Below, one piece after another: positions 1 to 8,590 of a stretch of 64,000 nt of DNA. Source of the DNA: Gammaproteobacteria bacterium (GTDB taxonomy: Bacteria; Pseudomonadota; Gammaproteobacteria; Ga0077536); assembly GCA_019747795.1 (NCBI GenBank), contig JAIEQK010000035.1, positions 3,665-67,664 on the forward strand, in the 5' to 3' direction. Both the position numbers and the translations under genes were made by a program. A model generated the notes under the pieces. It was not told the origin of the DNA. It was given only the letters and a program-made list of their open reading frames with translations, and ran no database searches. Each line of letters opens with the position of its first letter. Position 1 is the first letter of the stretch.

Positions 1-2
1 CG

Positions 3-584
3 AGCGCGGTGCGCGCGATGGTGAGCGGCGCCGTGGCGCGTCACGGACGCTTGGACATCCTGGTCAACAACGCCGGCATCCAGCACGTCGCCCCGGTCGA
101 GGAGTTCCCGATCGACAAGTGGAACGACATCATCGCCATCAACCTCTCCTCCGCGTTTCATGCCAGCGCGGCGGCGATCCCGACGATGAAGGCGCGGCGC
201 GCGGGGCGCATCGTCATGATGGCCTCGGCCCACGCGCTCGCGGCCTCACCGTTCAAGGCCGCCTACGTCGCCGCCAAGCACGGCATCGCCGGCCTGACCA
301 AGACCATCGCGCTGGAACTGGCCGAGTTCGGCGTCACCTGCAACGCCATCTGCCCGGGTTACGTGCTGACGCCGCTGGTCGAGCGCCAGATCCCGGACAC
401 CGCCAAGGCCCGCGGCATCACCGAGGAAGAGGTCAAGCGCGACGTGCTGCTGGCCGCCCAGCCGACCAAGGACTTCGTTTCCATCGCCCAGGTGGCGAGC
501 CTCGCCCTCTACCTGTGCCGCCCGGAGGCCTCGCAGATTACCGGCACCACGCTCTCCATCGACGGCGGCTGGACCGCCAAGTGA
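3..584 (+). CDS. bdhA: 3-hydroxybutyrate dehydrogenase-type short-chain dehydrogenase (N-terminus outside window)
   Basis: ORF is open to the window edge. SDR motifs LVNNAGI and YxxxK (AAYVAAKHG) are present. The C-terminal ICPGYVLTPLVERQI...LLAAQPTKDFV...IDGGWTAK is typical of the BdhA family. Confidence 0.8.
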   Translation, partial: SAVRAMVSGAVARHGRLDILVNNAGIQHVAPVEEFPIDKWNDIIAINLSSAFHASAAAIPTMKARRAGRIVMMASAHALAASPFKAAYVAAKHGIAGLTKTIALELAEFGVTCNAICPGYVLTPLVERQIPDTAKARGITEEEVKRDVLLAAQPTKDFVSIAQVASLALYLCRPEASQITGTTLSIDGGWTAK

Positions 585-843
585 GGGCCGCGACCGGGGC
601 CGCGCCGCGTGGCGCCGGGGCCGCACGGGACGAACTGTCGAGCGCGTCGCGAGTTTGCCTGGCGGGGCGTGTGGAGCGACCGCTCGCACGCCTTTATGGG
701 CGGCCCGGTTTGGGGGCATACTTGCCTCTGCCGGGATGCTTCCGCCCGCCCGGTGCCCCCCTGGCATGCCGAGCCGCGAACGTGGCGGCCAGCCTGCCCG
801 GCAGCGCGTCGATGGGCACGAATTCGATGGTTATCGCGTGACG

Positions 844-1383
844 ATGAGTGTGAGCGACACAAGCGACGAAGCGCCCGCGGCGTCGGTATATCGGGATGAC
901 ATCAAGGCCGCCAGCGCGGCCCTGCGCGCGATCATCGCCGAGACCGACGGCCCGATGCCGCCCTCCTGGGTGGTGGCCTTCCTGTTGCGCAACTGGCGCC
1001 GGCACCTGGTGCTGGTGCATCACGACAACGGTCCCGACAGCGCCGCCTGGGCGCGGGCGCTGGACTGCACGCGGCGCCTGCTGACGAGCATCGTGCCGAC
1101 CGAGTCGCCCGAGAAACGCACGCAGCTCATCCGCGACCTGCCGCGGCTCGTGACCGATATCAAGATCGCCATCGACAAGGCACAGGTCGACCCGCTCGAG
1201 CGCGACAGCTTTCTCGACCAGCTCAGCCAGTTGCACATGAGCCTGCTGAAGCTGGACAAGCTCCCCCATAGGCCGGCGCAGGACTTCTCCGACACCATCA
1301 CGATGGACGTGCGCGATCCCAAGTACCGCGCGCTGCTGGACAAGCTGGACGGCGCGGACAGCGTCGAACACATCGAGATGTGA
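844..1383 (+). CDS. hypothetical protein resembling only the C-terminal part of DUF1631-type proteins
   Basis: Internal ATG at 844 of ORF 655..1383. The upstream 63 codons look non-coding. High GC3 after 844. Similarity to the DUF1631 C-terminal region is from memory only. Confidence 0.5.
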   Translation: MSVSDTSDEAPAASVYRDDIKAASAALRAIIAETDGPMPPSWVVAFLLRNWRRHLVLVHHDNGPDSAAWARALDCTRRLLTSIVPTESPEKRTQLIRDLPRLVTDIKIAIDKAQVDPLERDSFLDQLSQLHMSLLKLDKLPHRPAQDFSDTITMDVRDPKYRALLDKLDGADSVEHIEM

Positions 1384-1420
1384 CCCACGGCGGCCGGCCT
1401 CGGCCGGCCGTTCTCGCGGC

Positions 1421-2794
1421 TCAGATCGCCGTGCGCGCGATCTCGCTCACCACCCGCTCCAGGTGCTTCAAGGTCCGGCAGGCCTCGACCGTGTCGGCGC
1501 AGGCGCCGAGCTTCTGCATCTCCGAATCGCCCGAATTCCAGAACGCGCGCGGCTCCGGGTTCAGCCAGATCACGCGGCGTGCGCGCTGGTGCATGCGGCG
1601 CAGCGCGCGCTCGCCGGCGTCGCCGTCGTTGGAGCGCGCGTCGCCGAGGATCAGGAGCGTGGTGCGCTGGTCGATGTCGGCCATGGTCAGCCGTTCGAGC
1701 TCGGCGAGCGCGCCGCCGTAATCGGTGGAGCCCATGCCGTAGGTGTTGATGGTCTCGGTCAGCGCTTCCTCCACCGGCTTCTCTTCGAAGAGGTGCGTGA
1801 CCTCGCCCAGGTGGCTGGAGAAGGCGAAGGCGCGCACCTTGGGCAGCACCTCCGCGACGCTGTAGAGGAACAGCAGCAGGAAGCGCGCGACCTGTGCCAC
1901 CGAGCCCGACACGTCGCACACCGCGATGACCTTGGGACGGTCGACCCGCACGCGCTTCCATACCGTGTCGAACATCAGTCCGTCGTACTCGATGTTGCGG
2001 CGGATGGTGCGACGTACGTCGAGCTGGCCGCGGCGCGAGACGTGGCGTCGACGTGAGTGCAGTGACACCAGGCGCTTGGCAAGCTTGCGCACCAGTTCCT
2101 GCATGACCTTGAAGTCGCGCATCTCGATGCGCGCGAGCGGCGTCTTTTGCAGGACCTCCTCGCGGAGCTTCGGCCAGGCGTTGGCGGTGTACATCAGCAT
2201 CTGGCGGTCGACCATCTCGGCGACGCTCTCCACCAGGCGAGCCTTGGCTTCCTTGAGCCGCGCGCCGCGCGGGTCGTCGTCGTCGGCCTTGAGCAGGGCG
2301 TAGAGCAGGTCGTCCAGCGCCTCGATGCCCATGTCCTCCAGCACGCGGCGAATGTACATGCCGCGCTGGGTGAAGAGCCGGATGTTCTGCAGCTGCACGT
2401 TGCGCGCGGCGCTCGCCATGCTCTGCTGCAGGGCCGCCGTGTCGCCGCTCTCCAAGAGGCCGGCGAGTCCGCCTTCGCCACCGCCGCTGCCGGCCGCGCC
2501 CTGGCCGGACTGCGCCTCGTTGCCGTCGCCGCTGCCGTCGCTCGGCTCGCCGTCTCCGCTGCCGCCCGTGAGCTGCGCGTCCTCGAACACGAAGAAGCGC
2601 TCGAAGCAGTCGTCGAAACGCTGCTTGTCGTCGGGCGTCTTGGCCAGCACCTGGCCCAGCACTTCCTTGACCAGCGGCCGTCGCGCCCAGCCGACTAGAT
2701 CCAGCGCCGCCGCGGCGTCGATGCTCTCGGCGGTCGAGACGCGCACGTCGCTCGCGCGCAGCGCCTTGATGAAGTTCGACAGCACCTGGGTCAT
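1421..2794 (-). CDS. VWA domain protein, CoxE-like
   Basis: 457 aa. N-terminal FIKALRASDVRVSTAESIDA. VWA/MIDAS segment VIAVCDVSGSV...ILGDARSN. Located 10 nt downstream of a MoxR ATPase gene. Confidence 0.85.
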   Translation of the reverse strand: MTQVLSNFIKALRASDVRVSTAESIDAAAALDLVGWARRPLVKEVLGQVLAKTPDDKQRFDDCFERFFVFEDAQLTGGSGDGEPSDGSGDGNEAQSGQGAAGSGGGEGGLAGLLESGDTAALQQSMASAARNVQLQNIRLFTQRGMYIRRVLEDMGIEALDDLLYALLKADDDDPRGARLKEAKARLVESVAEMVDRQMLMYTANAWPKLREEVLQKTPLARIEMRDFKVMQELVRKLAKRLVSLHSRRRHVSRRGQLDVRRTIRRNIEYDGLMFDTVWKRVRVDRPKVIAVCDVSGSVAQVARFLLLFLYSVAEVLPKVRAFAFSSHLGEVTHLFEEKPVEEALTETINTYGMGSTDYGGALAELERLTMADIDQRTTLLILGDARSNDGDAGERALRRMHQRARRVIWLNPEPRAFWNSGDSEMQKLGACADTVEACRTLKHLERVVSEIARTAI

Positions 2795-2804
2795 GGCGTC
2801 GGGC

Positions 2805-3776
2805 TCAGCCCTTCTGCGCCTGGCGAATCAGCGTCGGCACCTCGGTGTCGACGTGCTCGATGTCGTCCTGGAACTTGAGCAGCACGTTCAGCGTGCTGCG
2901 CACCAGCGCCGGGTCGAGCTCTGCGGCGTGCAGCAGGAGCAGGGTGCGCGCCCAGTCGATGGTCTCGCTCACTGCCGGCACCTTCTTCAGATCCATGCCG
3001 CGCAGGCTCTGCACGAAGGCCACCAGCTGCGCGCGCAGGTCGGCCTCCAGCGCCGGCACGCGCGACTCGATGATGCGCTGTTCGAGACGCGCGTCGGGGA
3101 AGGGGATGTAGAGATGCAGGCAGCGGCGCTTCAACGCGTCGCCGATCTCGCGCGTGTTGTTCGAGGTCAGGAACACCACTGGCGGATGCTTGGCGCGGAC
3201 GGTGCCGATCTCGGGGATGGAGATCTGGTAGTCCTGCAGCAGTTCCAGCAGGAAGGCCTCGAACTCCTGGTCGGACTTGTCGATTTCGTCGATCAGGAGC
3301 ACCGCGCCTTTGGGCGCCCACAGCGCCTTCAAGAGCGGCCGCGGCTCGAGGAACTCCTCGTTGAAGAAGGTGTCGTCGAACTCGTGCAGGCGGGCGATGG
3401 ATTCCTTGAGGCCTTGCGCGCCCGCCATCAGATCGCCGAGCTTCTCCTTCAGCACCTGGGTGTAGAGCAGCTGCTTGCCGTACTTCCACTCGTAGAGCGC
3501 CTTGGCTTCGTCCAGGCCCTCGTAGCACTGCAGGCGGATGAGCGGCTTGTCCAGCAGTCGCGCGGTGGCGTTGGCGAGTTCGGTCTTGCCGACGCCCGGA
3601 GGCCCCTCCACCAGCACCGGCTTGGCGAGCGCCTCGGCGATGAAGACCGCGGTCGCGATCGCGTCGCTCGCGATGTAGCCGGAGTCCTGAAAGCCGCGCT
3701 GGATCTTGGCGATGGCCGCGGCGGCGGTGTCGGTGGCAGTGGTCACGTGTGCATGTCCTTCGTAACGAGCGTTCAA
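2805..3776 (-). CDS. MoxR/CoxD-like AAA+ ATPase
   Basis: Walker A LVEGPPGVGKT and Walker B LLIDEIDK, with a MoxR-type architecture. The track start at 3776 is TTG. An in-frame GTG at 3746 preceded by GAAGGA is an alternative start. Confidence 0.85.
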   Translation of the reverse strand: MNARYEGHAHVTTATDTAAAAIAKIQRGFQDSGYIASDAIATAVFIAEALAKPVLVEGPPGVGKTELANATARLLDKPLIRLQCYEGLDEAKALYEWKYGKQLLYTQVLKEKLGDLMAGAQGLKESIARLHEFDDTFFNEEFLEPRPLLKALWAPKGAVLLIDEIDKSDQEFEAFLLELLQDYQISIPEIGTVRAKHPPVVFLTSNNTREIGDALKRRCLHLYIPFPDARLEQRIIESRVPALEADLRAQLVAFVQSLRGMDLKKVPAVSETIDWARTLLLLHAAELDPALVRSTLNVLLKFQDDIEHVDTEVPTLIRQAQKG

Positions 3777-4456
3777 GTATGGCGGGCGAGCCAGGCGAGC
3801 CGGCCGCGCAGTTTCTTCAGCCAGTCGGGCCCAAGCGGTTCGAAGCCGGCCAGGCGTTCGAGCAGCGGCAGCGGTGGTCGCGGTTCGGCCAGCAGCGTAT
3901 GAAAGCTGGCCAGGCTGACCGCGTCGGGCGCGCGCTCGATCAACGTCAGGGCATCGCCGGACGCGACCTCACCGGCGTCCAGCACGCGGCAATACCAGCC
4001 GCAGCGGCCGGCCTGCTGCAGCCAGCGGGCGATGCCGTCCTCGCCGTAGCGTCGATCGATCTTCGCGCAGGGACTGCGCGGCTGGGTCACCTCCACCAGG
4101 GCGGCGCCGAGGCGGTAGACGTCCCCCAGGCAGACGCTGTTCTCATCCAGCCCGTCGAGCGCGACATTCTCGCCGATGGAGCCCGGCACCAGCAGTTCCC
4201 CGATAGCGGGGAAGCGCGCCGCGAGCAAGGCGTAGTGCGCGGCCGGGAACAGGTGCAGGGCCTTCAGCGGACCACCGTGCAGGCGGCGATCGGCCTGCTG
4301 GTCGCCCGCCAGGCCGTTCAGGCCGAGCAGGGCCGGGCCATGCAGCGCCTCCTTGACGATGGCACTGGGGCGGCCGCCGCCGAGCGGCCGCGGCGCGCCG
4401 GCGTAGAGGCCGAGCACGCGGGGTGCGGCGCGGGCGGGAGAGAGGTGAGAGGGCAT
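3773..4456 (-). CDS. MOSC domain protein (YiiM-like, with C-terminal 3-alpha domain)
   Basis: Internal ATG (cat 4454..4456) of ORF 3773..4915. Motifs GDQQADRRLHGG, GENV, VTQPRSPCAKID. The conserved Cys of MOSC is present. Confidence 0.8.
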   Translation of the reverse strand: MPSHLSPARAAPRVLGLYAGAPRPLGGGRPSAIVKEALHGPALLGLNGLAGDQQADRRLHGGPLKALHLFPAAHYALLAARFPAIGELLVPGSIGENVALDGLDENSVCLGDVYRLGAALVEVTQPRSPCAKIDRRYGEDGIARWLQQAGRCGWYCRVLDAGEVASGDALTLIERAPDAVSLASFHTLLAEPRPPLPLLERLAGFEPLGPDWLKKLRGRLAWLARHT

Positions 4457-4522
4457 GGCCCAGCATACCCGCTGGGCGGCGATCTGCGAAAATGCCCGCT
4501 TCATCAAGCAGACGAGGTCGGC

Positions 4523-5170
4523 ATGGGTTTCCAGGCAGTGCTGTGGGATTTCGGTGGGGTGATCACCACTTCGCCCTTCGACAACTTCAATCGCTATGAG
4601 GCCGCCCACGGCCTGCCGGCGAACTTCATCCGCGGCGTCAACGCGCTCAATCACACCGACAACGCCTGGGCGAAGTTCGAATCGAGCCGCTGCACGGTCG
4701 AGGAGTTCGACGTGCTGTTCGCCGCCGAGACCCGCGCCGCGGGCCACGAGATCCGCGGCCGCGACGTCATCGGCCTCCTGGGCGGCGACGTGCGGCCACG
4801 CATGGTCAAGGTGCTCGAGCGCTGCAAGCAGGACTACCGCGTCGCCTGTCTGACCAACAACGCCAAGGCCGGACAGGGCACCGGCATGTCGAGCAGCGAC
4901 GAGCAGGCCTCGCACGTGCGCGAGGTCATGCAGCTCTTCGACGTGGTGATCGAGTCCAGCAAGGAAGGGATCCGCAAGCCCGATCCGCGCATCTACCAGC
5001 TCGCCTGCGAGCGCGTCGGTGTCGCGCCCGAGGCCATCGTCTATCTCGATGATCTCGGCATCAACCTGAAACCGGCGCGCGAGCTCGGCATGACCACCAT
5101 CAAGGTGATGAACGAACAGCAGGCGATCGACGACCTGGCGCGCATCCTGGGCATCGATTTCGGGGTGTAG
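4523..5170 (+). CDS. HAD superfamily hydrolase (subfamily IA, epoxide-hydrolase N-terminal-like phosphatase)
   Basis: ATG at 4523 within ORF 3749..5170. Motif I is VLWDFGGV, then CLTNN, then K....YLDD. The stop TAG lies in a gtgtag REP-like edge. Confidence 0.85.
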   Translation: MGFQAVLWDFGGVITTSPFDNFNRYEAAHGLPANFIRGVNALNHTDNAWAKFESSRCTVEEFDVLFAAETRAAGHEIRGRDVIGLLGGDVRPRMVKVLERCKQDYRVACLTNNAKAGQGTGMSSSDEQASHVREVMQLFDVVIESSKEGIRKPDPRIYQLACERVGVAPEAIVYLDDLGINLKPARELGMTTIKVMNEQQAIDDLARILGIDFGV

Positions 5171-5204
5171 GGCGTTCCCTGGCCTCGGCCGTTGCCCTGG
5201 GATC

Positions 5205-5270
5205 GAATGGCGGGTTGAAACCCGCCCTACAGATGCCTTCGCTGTAGGGCCGATTTCAATCGGCCATGCA
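5205..5270. repeat. REP doublet (convergent pair of GTAG-hairpin units)
   Basis: Units are gaatggcgggttgaaacccgccctacag (5205..5232) and ctgtagggccgatttcaatcggccatgca (5242..5270). Both have the same architecture as the other REP loci but with compensated stems. Confidence 0.8.
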
Positions 5271-5281
5271 CGGCGGGATTC

Positions 5282-6202
5282 CTAGCCGCCCAGCGTTACG
5301 ATCACCAGCGCCGCGCCGAGCAGCAGAACACCGCTCATCTCGAGCGGTGTCAGCTTCTCCCGGAACAGCTTGCGCGACACGAGGTAGGCGAAGAAGAGTT
5401 CCACGAGCGCGAGCGTGCGCACGTGGGCGATGGGTTCGATGGCCATCGCCGTGAACCAGCCGGCCGAGGCGCTCGCGCCCGCGCAGCCCACCACCAGCGA
5501 GGAACGCCAGGCGCGCAGCGTGGCGCCGACCACCGCCGGCGTGCGTGCGAGCAGCCAGCCGCCGAGCAGCATGGTCTGCACCGATTGCGCGAGCAGCAGG
5601 CCGAAGGCCGCGGCCATCACGAAGGGCGTGTCCGGCAGGGCCAGCGCCGCGCCGCGGTAGCCGACCGCCGAGAAGCCGAAGCAGGTGCCGCTCGCGAGCC
5701 CGCACAGCGCGGCGCGGCTGGTCCAGCCGCTCACCAGCGCGCGCAGCGGGCGCTCGCGATCGATGGGCGACATCAGCATCACGCCGAGCGTGCCGCACAG
5801 CGCGGCCGCGTAGGCGCCGGGGCCGATGGGGTCGGCGAGGAACAGCGCGCCGAAGAACGCCACCTGCAGCGCCTCGGTCTTGGCGTAGGCGAGCCCCAGC
5901 GTGAAGTTGCGTTCCTGCATGGCGCGCAGCAGGAAGGCCGTGCCGCCAATCTGGCTCACCGCGCCGAACAAGAGCCAGCCGGCGAACGCCGGGTTCGGCT
6001 GCGGCAGCGCGTGGCCGCCGACCAGCGCCACCGCCGCCAGCCAGGTGAGCGCGAAGGGCAGGCCGTAGAGAAAGCGCACGAGCGTCGCGCCGAGCGTGCC
6101 GAGGCTTGCCGTCAGGTGTTTCTGCGCCGCGTTGCGCACGGTCTGCGCGGCGGCCGCGAACAGCGTGATGGGGATCCAGAGATGTTCGGCGGGCATGGGC
6201 AT
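5282..6202 (-). CDS. EamA/DMT family transporter
   Basis: 306 aa, about 10 hydrophobic segments. Two-fold EamA-like organisation. ATG start at 6202. Confidence 0.8.
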   Translation of the reverse strand: MPMPAEHLWIPITLFAAAAQTVRNAAQKHLTASLGTLGATLVRFLYGLPFALTWLAAVALVGGHALPQPNPAFAGWLLFGAVSQIGGTAFLLRAMQERNFTLGLAYAKTEALQVAFFGALFLADPIGPGAYAAALCGTLGVMLMSPIDRERPLRALVSGWTSRAALCGLASGTCFGFSAVGYRGAALALPDTPFVMAAAFGLLLAQSVQTMLLGGWLLARTPAVVGATLRAWRSSLVVGCAGASASAGWFTAMAIEPIAHVRTLALVELFFAYLVSRKLFREKLTPLEMSGVLLLGAALVIVTLGG

Positions 6203-6233
6203 GGGCGTGGGCTTCGGCGTCGCGCGGTGGCCG

Positions 6234-7319
6234 TCAGGGCACCGCGGTCATGAACAGGAACACCAGGAACAGGACCAGGTGCACGGCACCCTGCAGCACC
6301 GTGGCATGGCCACGCGACACGGTGATGCTGGCGATCAGGAGCGACAGCGCCAACAGCACGATGTCCTTGGATTCGAGGCCCAGTGTCAGCGGCAGTCGCA
6401 GCACGAGGCTCGTGGCGACCACGGCCGGAATGCTGAGACCGATGGTCGCGAGCGCCGAGCCCAAGGCCAGGTTGAAGCTGGTCTGCATGCGATTGCGCAG
6501 GGCGGCGCGCGCGGCGGCCCCGGTCTCGGGCAGGAGCACCAGCAGCGCGACCGCGACGCCGACCGCGGCCTGCGGCACGCCGGCCGCGTCGACCGCCTGC
6601 TCGATGCGTGGCGCGAGCACCTTGGCCAGCCCGACCACCGCCACCAGGCAGGCCAGCAGCAACGCGAAGCTCGCGAGCGTCGCGCCATTGCCCGGCCGCT
6701 CGGCATGCGCCTCGGGATCCTCGTCCAGCGGCAGGAAGTAATCGCGGTGACGCACCGTCTGCACGAACAGGAACACCGCGTAGAGCGCGAGCGAGACGAT
6801 ACCGGCGAACACCAACTGGGAGGTCGACAGCGTGGGACCCGGCGTGCTCGAGGTGAAGGACGGCAGGATCAGGGTCAGCGTGGCCAGGGTCGCGAGCACC
6901 GAGAGCCCCGGCGCGGTGCCTTCGACGCGAAAGTCGATGACGTGGTGACGCCAGGCGCCGAGCAGCAGGCACAGCCCGATCACACCGTTGACGATGATCA
7001 TCACCGTCGCGAAGACCGTGTCGCGCGCGAGCGCGGCGGTCGACTCACCGCCGCTCAGCATGAGGGCGACGATCAGCGACACCTCGATGACGGTCACCGC
7101 GAGCGCGAGCACCAGCGTGCCGAGCGGCTCGCCGAGCCTGAGCGCGATGACCTCCGCATGATGCACGGCGACCAGCACGCTCGCGAACAGCGCGAGCACC
7201 ACGCCGAGGCTCGCTGCCGCGCCGGGGGGTGCGCCCCACACCGCCGCGAGAACCGCGCAGGCGAGCAGCGGCACGAGCGCGTAGGGCGAACGCCACGAGA
7301 GCGTCGCGGGCGCGTTCAC
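6234..7319 (-). CDS. chaA: Ca2+/H+ (cation/proton) antiporter, ChaA/CaCA family
   Basis: Multi-TM protein with an alpha-repeat-like GEPLGTLVLALAVTVIEVSLI and a second repeat LLPETGAAARAA. A GTG at 7319 overlaps the upstream stop (GTGA), so it is preferred over the track start at 7391. Confidence 0.75.
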   Translation of the reverse strand: MNAPATLSWRSPYALVPLLACAVLAAVWGAPPGAAASLGVVLALFASVLVAVHHAEVIALRLGEPLGTLVLALAVTVIEVSLIVALMLSGGESTAALARDTVFATVMIIVNGVIGLCLLLGAWRHHVIDFRVEGTAPGLSVLATLATLTLILPSFTSSTPGPTLSTSQLVFAGIVSLALYAVFLFVQTVRHRDYFLPLDEDPEAHAERPGNGATLASFALLLACLVAVVGLAKVLAPRIEQAVDAAGVPQAAVGVAVALLVLLPETGAAARAALRNRMQTSFNLALGSALATIGLSIPAVVATSLVLRLPLTLGLESKDIVLLALSLLIASITVSRGHATVLQGAVHLVLFLVFLFMTAVP

Positions 7320-7708
7320 AGCGGCCGGCCCGCGAGCAGCCGCGCGAGTTCGTGACGATGGCAGTGGCGCTCGTCCTCCGCGCAGTGGCACATCACCGTC
7401 ACCGCGCCGCGCGCGGCCAGGGTCTGCAACAGGCGGAGCGTCGATTTCTGGCCGTGGTTCTTGATCGTGCGGCAGCGCGCGTCCACCGGTCCGTCCTCGA
7501 AGAGTTCGTCGCGATAGGCGCGCGCGAACGCGCGCCAGGGCAGCGCGCCGTCCTGCCAGCGCCGCAGCAGCGTCTCGCTCGGACCGAGCGCCGGCAGCCA
7601 GACGTCATAGCGCGCGCGGGGCAGACCGCGGCCGCGAAAGCGCGTGGCGAGCACGCGCAGGCCGTCGGCGGGCGCGCGCTCGGTGTGTACCGACTTGGTG
7701 AGGATCAC
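7316..7708 (-). CDS. DUF488 domain protein
   Basis: N-terminal ILTKSVHT...DGLRVLATRFRGRGL and C-terminal VTVMCHCAEDERHCHRHEL are typical of DUF488. A GTG at 7708 overlaps the VOC gene stop (GTGA). Confidence 0.75.
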   Translation of the reverse strand: MILTKSVHTERAPADGLRVLATRFRGRGLPRARYDVWLPALGPSETLLRRWQDGALPWRAFARAYRDELFEDGPVDARCRTIKNHGQKSTLRLLQTLAARGAVTVMCHCAEDERHCHRHELARLLAGRPL

Positions 7709-8109
7709 GCGGGCGCGTCCGGCGGCGCGTGGCACACGATGCACAGCTTGTTGCCGTCCGGGTCACGCAGGTAGGCGCCGAAATAGTCGGCGTGGTAGTG
7801 CGGGCGCAGTCCCGGCGCGCCCTCGTCGCTGCCGCCATGCGCGAGGCCTGCGCGCCAGGCGGCCTCCACCTCGGCGCGGGTCGCCGCGCTGAAGGCCACC
7901 ATCTGGCCGTTGCCGCGGTCGTGGGGCTCGCCATCGAAGGGATGACCGATGAGGAACAGTGGCCGCACGCTGTCCGGCGTCTGCCAGCCGGCCCAGGGAC
8001 GCGACTCGTCCCGGAAGCGCTGGGGAATGCCCAGCGCGTCGAGCACGGCCGCGTAGAAGGTGTGGGCGCGCGCGAAATCGCTGACGCCGACGAACACGTG
8101 GGAAAACAT
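7705..8109 (-). CDS. VOC (glyoxalase/bleomycin-resistance fold) family protein
   Basis: Internal ATG (cat 8107..8109). N-terminal MFSHVFVGVSDFARAHTFY and C-terminal YLRDPDGNKL are VOC signatures. Confidence 0.75.
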   Translation of the reverse strand: MFSHVFVGVSDFARAHTFYAAVLDALGIPQRFRDESRPWAGWQTPDSVRPLFLIGHPFDGEPHDRGNGQMVAFSAATRAEVEAAWRAGLAHGGSDEGAPGLRPHYHADYFGAYLRDPDGNKLCIVCHAPPDAPA

Positions 8110-8170
8110 CGCGCACCTCGCGAGGTCGTGGTCGCGCCTGCGCCGCGACCCTGGGTCGGCAACGCGCGCC

Positions 8171-8455
8171 TCAGTCAGGCGCGCGCAGGAATTCGACGTA
8201 GAAGCGCGCCCCGGGGCGCGGCTGGACGTCATGCTTCATGGTGGGCTCGACCACGCCGTGGGTGGCGGGCGAGAGCAGCACTTCCTCCGGCGTCGGCTCG
8301 AGGATGCGATACAGCACCTCGCCTTCCACCACCACGATCCGTCCCCACACGCCCGGCTTGGTGTCGTGCGCGTGGGTGAGCGCCTTCGGCACCGTCTCGC
8401 AGGTGAAGTCGGGCGTGCGCTTGTAAGGTCTGACGTCTTCGGGCAGGTCGCGCAT
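8171..8455 (-). CDS. DUF1971 domain protein (TehB C-terminal-like)
   Basis: 94 aa. Contains HDTKPGVWGRIVVVEGEVLY, typical of DUF1971. Confidence 0.7.
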   Translation of the reverse strand: MRDLPEDVRPYKRTPDFTCETVPKALTHAHDTKPGVWGRIVVVEGEVLYRILEPTPEEVLLSPATHGVVEPTMKHDVQPRPGARFYVEFLRAPD

Positions 8456-8590
8456 CGCCGCATTGTGCCCGGCGACGACGCGCCGTCAATGGTGGCGCGC
8501 TCAGTCGGGCAGACCGCCCAGCGCGGCGGCGGTGCGCGGCCGCGAGGCTTGCGCTAGCATGCCGCCGACCTGACCGACGCGGAGCCCGGA

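Noticed and set aside
585-640. GC-rich, apparently symmetric sequence after the bdhA stop, considered as a possible intrinsic terminator.
   Set aside because: Explicit pairing gave only 3 consecutive base pairs before mismatches, and there is no T-tract.
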